Assembly: GCF_006345805.1 (NCBI RefSeq)
Contig: NW_021834386.1
Location: 1-50,664 of the forward strand
Length of the DNA: 50,664 nucleotides
Direction of reading: 5' to 3'
From: Octopus sinensis
Taxonomy: Eukaryota
Shown: positions 24,141 to 38,059 of the stretch, piece by piece
Layout of the letters: the number at the start of each line of letters is the position of its first letter
Numbering within the stretch: the first letter of the stretch is position 1
Translations under genes and position numbers: made by a program
Notes under the pieces: generated by a model
Told to the model about the DNA's origin: nothing
Databases searched by the model: none
The model's input: only the letters and a program-made list of their open reading frames with translations

Positions 24141-25049
24141 TCAATCAGAACTATCTGATCTCAAATACAAGTAGGAATTTCGTTTGTGTCACAATCGTAT
24201 ATGGAGCATATTTTCATATCAAACTCATATAACTTTGCGTGTGTCCACGTATGTATGCCTATGTGCTTACGTGAGTTCGGCTTCAAAACGTATGCCTTTA
24301 TCGACCAACGACAAACGCGAATATACCCAAATTTATTAATGCACACTCCTACGGCAAATTACGCACGCACATGGCAACAAACATAGATATCCATGATTTA
24401 CTTAGGTCGAGAATTCTTTCTTAGTTTCACATTTTATATCTTCCAAAAGGGAGATAAGCATTGGACAATATAGTCCGCTCTATACAAAACCAGTGTTTCT
24501 ACGCATTTTGCGTTGGGACTGGTCGATCACAGATAACTATCAGCTAAACTATAATAACAATTACGTTATATTTTACATATAATATTTTATCTTATTTTCA
24601 AATGATTTGTTCTTTTGCCTTCCTTCTTTCTTTATTACGTATGCATAAAACTGCGAAAAATAAACAATGAAAATAGAAGTCGAAAACATTAAGGCTACGA
24701 GTTGGGTTCTATCAGGGAAAGAATTAAGTGAGTTAGGTTGAGGTCTATGTAAAACGCTTGAGAAAATGACGGTGTTCGAAAGAAATTTGCTCAATGGCGC
24801 GTAACATGAAACAATAATCTATGTGGAAAGAGGAGACAGAGGAAAGAGGGAGGAAGAGAGAGGGAGAGACAAACCAATACATAGAGGGGGTGAAAATGGT
24901 AAGAAGGGTGTAAGGGTGAGTAGAACATGAGAAAGTGGCGTGTTATGGGATAGAGGATAAGAGGATTTTTCAAAATTATATGAAAGGAGAGCCAAAGAAA
25001 AGAGGATTAACTACACAATCGAATATTATAAATCATATAAGTGTGTATA

Positions 25050-26030
<981 letters not shown>

Positions 26031-26650
26031 CACAAACAAGATATTCATCATATCTCCCTAGTAAGGTTTCCTCAAAATCTAAATGTATTTCATCAACGAA
26101 GCTTGTTATCGTTTTCACTGCTGTTCTGCTAGTTTACTTACAAATCGATAAAACGTATCCAATTACGTGTTCCGATATATTTTCTTTAAACTATTTGCTT
26201 GCTGCTTCGGCAGAAACTCTATGAAAATAAAAACGTAGCTCTCTGCTACCCTCGGCCATTTAGATCTGTTAACCGCCATATCTCTCAGTACAACAATGAA
26301 TTACATTGTAATTCGATATAAATTGATTTCGTGGTTCTGATGGGGACTAGGTTCGAGAGGGTGCTGGCGTTGGTGATCGAATGTCATTGGTTCTGTTTTC
26401 GATGGTAGTGGTAGTGGTAGTGGTGATCGTAAATGTTGCGGAGCTTGCGAAACTGGTCTTTGTTTTTGGCGGTGGTGCTGGCTTGTAAAAGTGGACATGA
26501 CGATGGTGGCGGCGGTGGCCTTCTTTGTGATTTAAGAGGTATTATGGTCGAGGTGATGTCGAGGTCTTGGATAGTATTGCATGCAATGGCGGTGTTGATA
26601 TTTGTGTTGGTGTTGCTGTCGGGGGTGGGTGCTGGAGTTGTTTTGCAATG

Positions 26651-28090
26651 GTGGTGATGAAGTTGCTGGGGGGGGGGGCGGAGAAAGAGTTGCTTGTTTA
26701 GCTGATGGTCAATGACTTGTGATTGCTTTGTTGTTTATCGGCGATGGTGATGTCATGATGAAGACGCTGGTACTGGTTGCAGTTGTGGCGATGTTGCTCC
26801 TTATGATGATGATGATGGCGAAGGTATTGAAGATGATGATAAGGGTGGTGGTGGTGGTGGTGGTGGTGGTGGTGGTGGTGGCATTTGTGTTGGTTGTAGT
26901 TGTGATGGTGGCGATCATGGTGATGTTAATGACTATGATGATGATGATGATGATTATGGTGATGTTGATAGTGGTGGTTGTGGTGGTGGTAGTTTTGGTG
27001 GTGGTGATGAAGTTCCTGGGGGGTGGCGGAGAAAGAGTTGATGGTTTAGCTGATGGTCAATGACTTGTGATTGCTTTGTTGTTTATCGGCGATGGTGAAG
27101 ATCGCTGTTCTTGGTAATAATAATACTGATGGATTGTTGTTATAGCGTTTGTGATTTAAATGGTGTTCAGGCCATCCGTTGGTGGTGTCATGATGGAGAC
27201 CGTGGTACTGGTTGTAGTTGTGGCGTTGCTGCTGCTTATGATGATGATGATGGCGAAGGTATTGAAGATGATGATAAGGGTGGTGGTGGTGGTGGTGGTG
27301 GTGGTGGTGGTGGTGGCATTTGTGTTGGTTGTAGTTGTGATGGTGGCGATCATGGTGATGTTAATGACTATGATGATGATGATGATTATGGTGATGTTGA
27401 TAGTGGTGGTTGTGGTGGTGGTGGTGGTGGTGTGGTGGTGGTGATGAAGTTCCTGGGGGGTGGCGGAGAAAGAGTTGATGGTTTAGCTGATGGTCAATGA
27501 CTTGTGATTGCTTTGTTGTTTATCGGCGATGGTGAAGATCGCTGTTCTTGGTAATAATAATACTGATGGATTGTTGTTATAGCGTTTGTGATTTAAATGG
27601 TGTTCAGGCCATCCGTTGGTGGTGTCATGATGGAGACCGTGGTACTGGTTGTAGTTGTGGCGTTGCTGCTGCTTATGATGATGATGATGGCGATGGTATT
27701 AAAGACGATGATAAGGATTGTGGTAGTGGTGGTGGTGGTGGTGGCATTTGTGTTGGTTGTAGCTGTGATGGTGGTAGTGGTGGTGGCAATGCTGGTGATG
27801 GTGGTGGTGGCGCTCATGGTGATGTTAATGACTATGATGATGATGATGATGATGTTGATAGTGGTGGTGGTAGTGGTAGCAGTTTTGGTGGTGGTGATGA
27901 TGCTGATGCTGATGATGATGATGATGATTATGGTAGTGGTGGTGGTGGTGGTGGTGGTGGTGGTGATGGTGGTGATGCTGATGATGAAAATGATGATGAA
28001 GATGATGATTATGGTGGTGGTGGTGATGACGAAGATGATGATGAAAATGATGATGATTATGGTGGTGTTAGTGGTGTTGGTGATTGTGAT
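26651..28090. repeat. Compound GGT/GAT-rich tandem repeat, unit about 437 bp, about 3.5 copies
   Basis: Landmark tggtgatgaagtt(c/g)ctggggg...gcggagaaagagttg near 26651, 27003 and 27441; agatcgctgttcttggtaataa near 27098 and 27536. Confidence 0.92.
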
Positions 28091-28249
28091 TGATGATTCT
28101 TCCTATTTATGTTGTTCCCTCTCAATTTTTCACCCCGTGTTTGTCCTGTTGGGACCAAACAATGATCTCTACCACTCGAAATATACCCCTATCGTCTTTC
28201 TTTCTACTATTATATAACACAGACAACATTATGTAATGCAGTCTTGTTT

Positions 28250-29128
28250 TAAAACCCTGCAGCGAAGTGGCAGAATCCTTTGAAAGTTGGATAGAATGTC
28301 TCGCAATATTTGCTTTAACTATCTGCATTCTGAGTTCAAATCTCGCCGAAGTCAACTTTCTGTTTCAATATTTCTATTTCAATTGTCGCCAATCAGGGCG
28401 GTGAATTTAACGAAACTATAAGTTAGACTAGATGCTTTACGGGATCGATTCTGACTGATATATACCTTCGACGAGGCTGATGCCAGGTTTCCTCGGCAGT
28501 ATTTCCCGCATAGAGACATAATACATGTATGGTTAAATGTTCCCCGCAGAACTTTGCTCGGGCCTACATATTAATATAGAAATATATGAGCAATCTCGGC
28601 CGATAATTGCTCTAACCACTGAGCCATGCTCCTTCACAAGTGATAATAAATTATATTAAAATAGTCTGTAAGTCGGCGAGTTGGCAGAGTCGTTAGTACT
28701 CCAAACAGAATGCTTAACAACATTTCATCTGTCTTTAGGTTGTGAGTTCAAATTCCGACGAAGTCGACAAAACAATTCATCCTTTTCGGTATCAATGATA
28801 TAAGCCCCAGTTTGGCACTGGAATGGATGTAATTGATTTTAAAATCTCCCCCGAAATTATTGGTCTTGTTCCTATAATTTTGAAACGGATATTAAAATAG
28901 GGAGCATAATAATGGTTTAGAATTTTAACTCAAGGCCATCAATTCTGGGGAAGCATATAGGACGATTATGTCGACTTCAGTACTGAACTGGTACTTATTT
29001 TATCGACCTCGAAAGGATGAAAGGCTAAGTCGACCTCGAAGGAATTTGAACTAAGATCGTAAAGACAGACGAAATACCACTAGGTATTTTGCCGGGCGTG
29101 CTAACGATTCTTCCAGCTCACCGCCCTT
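28250..29128. mobile_element. Three degenerate SINE family B copies (28250+, 28672+, 28915-29128 -)
   Basis: ctgagttcaaat...gccgaagtcaacttt motifs and their reverse complement. Confidence 0.8.
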
Positions 29129-30080
29129 CAGTAATAATGATTGAAATAGATGCCAAAAATTGGGAAAGAAGTCCTCATTGGTGAATTGCTTTAGCCTGAC
29201 ACTCTAAATGATAGTACCATATCCCAGTATTTGCTGTCAAATAATAAAGTGAGGTAAATGGATATGCAATTATCAATGCTGTTTTCCCCCTTCTCTTAAA
29301 ATCTACAAGAAATCACCACCACACACTCTATCTACAGCTTCGTCTTCAGATTATACTGCAGAAAGTTGTTGATCGCTTGACCGGAAAGGAAAATGTCTGT
29401 TTTTGAAACTCTTTAACGTCGTCCATCTTGCCTTAATCATAGATCCATTCAGAAGGATATACACACACTACACTGTCCAATTAAAATAGTGGAGTAATCT
29501 TTTCACTGTAGGCGAATTCAATACCTAGATCAGAACGACCGGTCACAACCGCTGATATAAACAATAAAAGACATTGAATGAATGACTATCAGAGTGATCC
29601 GTACCCCAGAGCCTATTCTAACAGATGTGGGGTCCCTTAGGCTCCAACACAGAAATATGTGTATTATATTCTGAACTACCAGTTGATGGTAGTTTGGAAA
29701 TTTTTCAGGTAAGAGCTTGAATTTCTTCCAGAACCTTACTTTCAGACTACTGACGATGTTTCTCAGTATTGCTCCCGGGTATATCCATTCTTATACCTAT
29801 CACAAACATTCTATAGAATGTGGATGATGACGATCCGGCGATCACATCTTCCGCTGCTCTGCTTGCAGTAAACGCATGGCAACATTACTGAATAATTATT
29901 ATGGATAATGGTTTTCTAATCAATCTCAATTTCGCTGACATCTTTCCGTACGCAACCTTCAAACGCTACGCAAGAAGTCATTAATATCACATTCACAATC
30001 TACCGAAGAGGAAATTCGGCGTTTTATAAAAAGAAATTTTAACAGTCAGTAAACGACATACTCGACACTTAATTATTCTT

Positions 30081-30081
30081 A

Positions 30082-30134
<53 letters not shown>

Positions 30135-30170
30135 ACATCATCATCATCATCATCATCGTCGTCGTCGTCG

Positions 30171-30215
<45 letters not shown>

Positions 30216-30306
30216 CCACCACCATCATCATCATCATATCTGCCGCCACCAGTACCATCATCACTATTATCTTCTTTAGTAGTAGTAGTAGTAGTAGTAG
30301 TAGTAA

Positions 30307-30346
<40 letters not shown>
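30081..30346. repeat. (CAT)n and (TAG)n microsatellites
   Basis: Direct reading. Confidence 0.95.
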
Positions 30347-30347
<1 letters not shown>

Positions 30348-30384
30348 TATTTGGTCGTCAAGTTTAATTATGGGTAACATTTCT

Positions 30385-31530
30385 AAGGCAACGAGCTGGG
30401 AGAGCCGTTGGCATACGGGACAAAATACAGATCGGCATTTAGTCAGCCTATTGGTATGTCTTCAAGGACGACACTGTCTATCATTATTTCGGGGTCGATA
30501 AAATAAGTACAAGTTGCAATCTGAGATTGATGTAATCGACTTACTCCACCTTTAAGCATTTCTGGCCCTGTGCCAAATTTTGAAGCCAGTATCTGTAATG
30601 TTCTAGCGATTATGCGCGTGCATGTTAAGATGCGTTTTGAGTCCATTTGTTCTCTAAATCATTGACCTAGTAGAGCTTCGGAAAAAGTGCCTTGCGGTAG
30701 TTGTTCCGACTTTCTCAGTTCCGAGTTCCAGCCCTACCTTGTCTTTCATCCTTCGGGGTTTCATAAAACTTAAATACCTGTCAGCTACTGTAGCCAACGA
30801 TATAAACTAACCCATCCCCACAGAATAGAAAAACTTGTGGTTAAAGTAGTAACAATTAATTTTATTATTTAAAAAAAAACACACGAAGTCGGTGCGCTGG
30901 AAGGATCTTTTGCACGTCCGGCTCTGTATTCTGTGTTCAAATTCCGCCGAAGTCGACTTCCATTTTTATCCTTTCGGGTGAATGAAATAAATACCAGTTG
31001 ATCACTAGAAAACCACCCCCTCCCCACCCACAAATTTAAGGCCGCGTATCTATAGCAGAAATTATTCTTCTCTACTCTAGCCACAAGGCCAGAAATTTTG
31101 GATCGAACTAGTACGCCACTGGTACATAGTTTATCGACCCCGAAAGGATGAAAGTCAAATTCGACTTCGGCGGAATTTGAACGCATGAACGTAAAGACAG
31201 ACGAAATACCCCTAAACATTTTGCCCGGCGTACTAACGTTTCTCCCAGCTCGCCGCCATGGGAACACGAATATTATTTCAGAAATCACTTTTTTATGAAT
31301 GTTTATTTCTTTATTGACCACAGGGGGTTAAACATAGAGGGGACAAACATGACAATAGGATTAAGTCAATAACAATGACCCCAGTGCGTAAATGGTACTT
31401 ATTTAATCGACCCCGAAATGATGAAAGGCAAAGTCAACCTCGGCGGAATTTGAACTCATAACGTAACGGCCGACGATATACGGCTAAGCATTTCTCCTGG
31501 CGTGCTAACGATTCTGCCAGCTCGCCGCCT
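30385..31530. mobile_element. Cluster of about 5 SINE family B copies (three +, two -)
   Basis: Family B motifs at 30385, 30665 and 30895 (+), and at 31080-31258 and 31310-31530 (-). Confidence 0.82.
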
Positions 31531-32844
31531 TGGAAACCAGAATTTTTTTTTCATATATCAGATTTTTTATGAACGTTGCAAATAAAAAAATATTTAAAAT
31601 TAGGACAAACTGCACTACCGTAAATAATGGTATGGCTATAAATAGAGCAAAAAGTGTGACAATAATTTTACACCAATTTCCCTCCCATTCTCTCTACTTA
31701 GTGGCTGCAATGATAATTATTCCATTTTTAATAGTCTTTCAATGATTCTTCAGTCAACGAAGCAGATACTTATTAATATTCCCAGCTTTACTTTCTGTCG
31801 CTGTGTTTTAGAATTCCCTTCTATGTTATTCGTGTATTATTAATTCACACATGAAGACTATTATAATGGATTCACTGAATCGAATAGCATCGGAAATATC
31901 TTTTTATATTCGTAATCTGTTAAATCTCTGTAGCAGTAGCAGTGGTGCTGACGAAACTGACAATTATTTTTTTCCTACTTTTTGTATTTTTTATGATAAT
32001 CATTTCTGCCATTTGCAATTTATATGCATATGTATGTACAAACATTAGAAATTATTGTTGTTATGTGTAATTCAAAAAAAAGTATTAGTATTTTTGCACT
32101 TATATCCGATAAGTATTTTTCTTCTTGATAATAAATATTTTTCTTTCTTTTTAAACGTAGTGGAAATCCCAAATCATGAAACAGTAAACTAATTTTCTTA
32201 AAACACAAATATTTGATCTATAACGTCCCCATTCAAGTCAAATTTTGTACTCAGACGCTCCTGCTGTCCATATATTAAATACTTGGTTAGCAAAGGGCTG
32301 TGAGTGATCATCAATACTCGAGATCCCAGGCGCCGTACGACGGCCTATGCAACTCTGCTTTAGAGACAAGCTGAGGAAAATCGGGACGAGTAAATGGCGA
32401 CCACAGCTGCTAGCGGAGGCGCAATGGCCCAGACTCGCTTAATTCATGACAAAACGTTAAATTAAAACCATACACATTACCCTATTAACATGATTCTATG
32501 CTAATTTGTCCTGACTTAAAAGCAGTTGTTATATGATATTTCTATTGGGGAGAAGCCAGATAAGATTTTTCTCAGGAGCAGTCAGTAAACATTGATACAG
32601 TCCATCAGGAGACTCACACTCGGTTTTCCGCATTTAGCATAGAAAAATATGTTTACGCTTACAATGAAGCAGATATTATGTTTGTGCAATTGTGGGTGTA
32701 AGTATATGTATGTCATTATTCAGGTTATTTCAAGATTTCTTGCCAATAGAAAAAGAACAGGTTTCTAACCTACATCCAATTGGAATTTCAACAACAACAA
32801 CAACAGAGTATGCATGTATGTATGCATATCTGTATGTATGTATG

Positions 32845-32878
<34 letters not shown>

Positions 32879-33336
32879 TGTATGTATGTATGTATGTATG
32901 TATGTATGTGCAGATTTGTATGTTTTATGTATGTATTCTCATGCTCATAGTTGCATATCTAGACATTCTCATATATATGTAAATGTATAACTCCGAGAGA
33001 AATGAGTTTTGTATTTACGGTTTCTTCAATAAATAGAGCTAGAAAAAAATTTGTTTACCTGTTCAGCTGTTGTTTTCACTTTCTTCCTCGATTGTGTTGT
33101 GTTCAGCCATTTTGTTTGTAGTAACTCTCTGCGTGCTAAATTCAAGTTTCAGTCGAAAATCGCCACGATCGTGAATAAAAGACTCCTTCAATTAATTCAC
33201 CTGAAGATTAACCAGTTATTTAACAAGGCTGATATATTTGCGTGTTCAAAGATGGAAATAGTATTCATCGTATTTTGGATAAATAGTCTCCCACGCCAAA
33301 TTCTCGACTTGTCGCATCGAATGTGTAATATGTATG

Positions 33337-33856
33337 TATGATCGTAGCAGGTGGAGAATGATTGTGCACAAGGGAACAGTTACTTTTGAGAAATCTCGAG
33401 TTGCGCATGAGAAAGTAAGGAGGGATGTCAGGAAGGGCATCGCTGTTACGCTTCCAGATGGGAAGGGCCTTCCTATGATGCTGACATGCAGTGTCTGTGC
33501 AAGACCCTGCTTCAGTAAAGCTGGACTCAAGAGTCATTTTCGTAGTCATAAAGCGAGACAGATGAGTGACAACCTGGCCACTGGTGGTGGTGTTACACAC
33601 CATACTAATCATATCTGTCGTGCATGTGGAAGAATGTTTAATTCGGCAGAAGGACTTAAACGACATGCAAATGTACATGAAGCCCAGTTACAACTACATC
33701 CCGCTATTAACGGTAATGGTTTTAGCTGCCAATTCTGTACAAGACATTGTAGATCTTTAGCTGGGCTAAAAAGTCATATTCGATCACAGCACCAACAGCA
33801 TTTAAGCTTCGTGCAATGGCCATACTCGATGACGAGGGGACAGCCATCATCATTTA
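33337..33856 (+). mobile_element. 5'-truncated RTE-clade LINE 3' end with three C2H2 zinc fingers
   Basis: DRSRWRMIVHKG...FE is typical of the RTE ORF C-terminal region. Fingers: CSVC...HFRSH, CRAC...HANVH, CQFC...HIRSQH. Ends in ...gacagccatcatca followed by (TATG)n; TATG also at the 5' junction. Confidence 0.85.
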
Positions 33857-35244
33857 TGTATGTATGTATGTATGTATGTATGTATGTATGTGTGTGTGAA
33901 TGTACGTAAAGGTGCGTTCGAATTTTTTAAAATAAATTATTTGATAACATCGACCCCATTGCTACTCTGGTTCTTTATATTATCGATCCTGGAAGGGCGA
34001 AAAGCAACGTAAAACCTCGATGGGTCTTGAACGCAGAAACTGTAATATAGAACCGCAAAGCATTTCTTCCAAAGCTGCATCGCTTTTGCAAACTCCTCAT
34101 CTCCAGTAACAAGAACATCGATATTAGGATCAAGGATTACAAAGACGAAGATCATACAATTAATATTATCAAAATGATTGCCAGCTGAAATTGAGCAAAT
34201 TGAAAATCTCCATCTTGGTTTAAACAGAATTTTTTTTTTCTTTTTGTCTCAAATCTTGTCTGAGTGAATATTAAGAAAACATTGCAACTGAAAGATGTCA
34301 ACCATCTCAACGCATCGTTTAAAGACATTTTTGTTTGCTCTTTCGCTCTCTCTTTCTCTCTCTCTGTTTTCCTCGCTGTGATGTCTCATTTCTCTTATAT
34401 TTCGTTTGATCTATTGTGAAGATCTTTCATAACAAAGACACAAAAGCTGCTAAACAACACCGGATAAAATCAAAACAAAAACAGAGATAGAAGAGATTTG
34501 CTGAATAGAACAAACTAAGAAGCAGAGACAAGATATTTATTGAAAGTTTCCAAAACATAATAAACCCTAGTCACCAGAGATGACAGTTGATTGAAAGATG
34601 GCCTTAATGTTTAGTAGACCACGGAACGTATGAAATGTGTGTTCAACTTTATATGTCAAATACGTCTGTAGTTTTATTCCGTGTTTTAAATTACTTCACT
34701 TATCTTCTTTAACAGAAGAAATAAGAAAACAAAAGCCCTTTGAACAACAGAAAGGAGTCACTTTGTTGTTAAACCAGTTTATTAATTGTTTACGTTATAT
34801 AAACTAGAAAATGGGTTTGTTCAGAATGAGTTAAAAGCAGGGTCGGCCTAAAAAGATAACATGCTGATAGCTTTCAACTGGCATTTGTTGAAGAAGATAG
34901 AGAAACCTGAGTTAATACTGTTAAGATTACAACAGTCTAGAATGTCAGCCATTGATTCTTTAAGTCAGCAAGGGGTACATTGATGTAAAAATTAATACTG
35001 TTAATAAAACGGCGAATGTTCGTGTTAACATGAAGCTTTTTGAAGAACAGCAAAGTAAATTAGCAACAGTGTGGGAAATATTTCCATAAACTCTAATAGA
35101 ATTGATGTCCAAACGCGGTATTGTATTGATATTAGAAGCCCTAATATAAACCAGTCGTTCCATCACAGTGTCGGGCGCAAAAGCAATTGTTAAAAGCGTC
35201 TTGCTACAAATAATTGTCAGGTTCAACAATCTCACCCATCCCTC

Positions 35245-35269
35245 CATCCCTCCATCTATCCATACTTCC

Positions 35270-35360
<91 letters not shown>

Positions 35361-35367
35361 AATCCAG

Positions 35368-35435
<68 letters not shown>

Positions 35436-35477
35436 TTGTGTCTGTCTCTTTCTTTCTCTTTCTCTAACCCTCTCTCC

Positions 35478-35522
<45 letters not shown>
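35245..35522. repeat. (TATC)n and (TA)n microsatellites
   Basis: Direct reading. Confidence 0.96.
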
Positions 35523-35525
<3 letters not shown>

Positions 35526-36256
35526 GGGTGCGATGAGTAAATTGTCGCCATTATATGTTTTAATTTGGCGCATGCGCACTATTCATTTTATATTTTGTCG
35601 ATAACACAGTATAGTAGGTTCAGTTGGGCACCGTCAGTGAGAAAAGCAGCACCATGACGCAATTCACTATGACGGTAATATGGGAACGACATGCTGTACC
35701 GCTTGGCATTCAAGCTGGAAGCTCCACTACGAATATTTTAGAGTGTTTGCGTATCAACTGAGGACAGTACAGAGGATTCGGAAAGAGTTGGATGAGTCTA
35801 ATGGTCATTACGAAGGTGTTTGGAGTAACCACAACTAATGACAACGTTATACCTCCATTCATCTACCCACACGGCCACACACTCAACATGGAGTTCTACA
35901 TCAAGTGCCTGGGGGAGGGAGCGCTACTGTGGGTCAAGAGGGTGGCTGCTGGAAGACCCTATGTCTACCAACAGGACTCTGCTCCATCCCAGAAAAGCAA
36001 GAGTACCCAGTCATGGCAGTCAGGCAATTTCTGCAACCACATCACCCGTAACATCTGGCCACATATCTCCCCAGACTGCATTCACTAACTTAAACAGAAG
36101 AATTGAAGGAGATTTCAAAGTCGTCTGGGGTCCGCGGTTAAAGCCAATGGCGATTTTAGTGAATGAATTTCCTCATTTTTGTAATTCAAGATATTTTTGG
36201 TAAATATATCTGTTACATATTTTGATAAATATATCTCGTAAAATGAGATGTCAGAG
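35523..36256 (+). mobile_element. Internally deleted Tc1/mariner-superfamily transposon (maT/DD37D-like)
   Basis: Starts in a TA run. N-terminal MTQFTMTVIWERHAV...RTVQRIRKEL from 35654. Catalytic region ...PYVYQQDSAPSQKSKSTQSW...IWPHISPDC. C-terminal SRLGSAVKANGDFSE* near 36120-36171. Confidence 0.85.
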
Positions 36257-36340
36257 TCCTTGGGTCGATTTATTCGACTAAATGCGATGCTTCTGCATGG
36301 CCGCAGTGAAGTGACTGAAACGTGTAAAAGAGTAAAAGAA
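36255..36340 (+). mobile_element. SINE family A 3' fragment
   Basis: gggtcgatttattcgactaaatgcgatgcttctgcatggccgcag...tgactgaaac. Confidence 0.7.
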
Positions 36341-36390
36341 TATATACATATGTTAATAAATATATATATATATATATATTATATATATGC

Positions 36391-36423
<33 letters not shown>

Positions 36424-36495
36424 AGGAAGATGGAGAGATAGATAGATAGAGAGACAGACAGACAAACAGGCATGCAGACAGACAGACAAGCAGAC

Positions 36496-36552
<57 letters not shown>

Positions 36553-36860
36553 TAGATAGATAGATAGATAGATACACATCTGAATGTATACATGCATGTA
36601 TGACTCGAATTTATACTCATGTATATATGATATATTTTTGTATAGGGTGTCCTCCAGCATGTCAGCGGGCAAATGACTGAAACAATACTTTTATTCGGTA
36701 TTCCCTGTTGAGGAACAGCAAAGGACCAATCACGGCTTCTGGAAGTCCGATGAATACTAACCTGTGGAAAGATATAACGTTTTTACACCGTTTACCATAA
36801 GAGACTAATCTTTTCACCACACTGACTGTAGCGAATTTGTAGTTAGAAGATGAAATCTGT

Positions 36861-37266
36861 CTCTTTTACTCTTTTACGCTTTTACTTGTTTCAGTCATGT
36901 GACTGTGGCCATGCAGGAGCACCGCCTTTAGTCGAGAAAATTGACCCCAAGACTTATTCTTTGTAAGCCTAGTACTTATTCTATCGTTCTCTTTTGCCGA
37001 ACCGCTAAGTTACGGAGACGCAAACACGCCAGCATCGGTTGTCAAGCGATTTGGGGGACAAACACAGACACACAAACATATACACACATACATATATATA
37101 CGACAGGCTTCTTTCAGTTTCCGTCTACAAAATCCACTCACAAGGCTTTGGTCGGCCCGAGGCTATAGTAGAAGATACTTGCCCAAGGTGCCACGCAGTG
37201 AGACTGAACCCGGAACCATTTGGTTTGTAAGCAAGTTACTAGCCACACAGCCACGCCTACGCCTAT
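36861..37266 (-). mobile_element. Full-length SINE family A
   Basis: Same layout as 8350-8751. Confidence 0.9.
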
Positions 37267-37366
37267 GTCACAAACATATTCAAAGTAAACTAAAATTCTT
37301 TTACATATAAACATAGATATATCTGTGTGTGTGTATGTGTGTATGTGTTTATATATACGTACATAC

Positions 37367-37410
<44 letters not shown>

Positions 37411-37693
37411 AGGGAGAGGTGTATCAATACACGTCTAATGAAGTTTAGTGTACGACTTGTCCTGGAGAGTTACGTAAAATAACCCGTTATATTGACAATT
37501 ATAGCGCATTGGTGCCACACACATACGCACATTTTTTTGTGTTTATGATTTTGTATCAGCTTACAAAAATACTTTGGGCGATCGACTTTATGTTCGACAG
37601 CACTACTCAGGAGACCAAGAGAGAATCATATGTGGGTGTAGTCAAATGCATGCGAGTGCATTCACGTGTACACGCACACTCACACCTACACCA

Positions 37694-37731
<38 letters not shown>

Positions 37732-37743
37732 TATATTATATAT

Positions 37744-37799
<56 letters not shown>

Positions 37800-38059
37800 A
37801 TATATATATGCACACACACACATATATATATATACAGATATAAAATTATATGTTTATGTGGTGCGTAAAAACATTTTCTATAAATTTATGGGCTTGGAGT
37901 AACACCTGCGTATATTTGAAGACATTTATGTCAAACAATACAAAGAAATACTTTTTTCCCCGTTAAAAAAAAAAAGCATATTTGCCAGCTCTGCTATCAT
38001 ACGTGTATCACACCTTGTTTTATTGTTGAAAATAATCTGTTTCTATGGCAGAAAAGGAG

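Noticed and set aside
29683-29869. Exon-like trio (26, 33 and 51 nt) including a strong CAG|gtaaga donor
   Set aside because: The implied introns of 37 and 40 nt are too short, and no recognisable protein results.
32300-32432. RTE-like peptide EIPGAVRRPMQLCFRDKLRK next to a SINE D-like start
   Set aside because: Too short and diverged to support by eye.
33334-33909. Host C2H2 zinc-finger gene of the expanded cephalopod type
   Set aside because: No TGEKP-like linkers, an RTE-type DRxxWR motif upstream, and a LINE-like tail; the ATG comes from the microsatellite.
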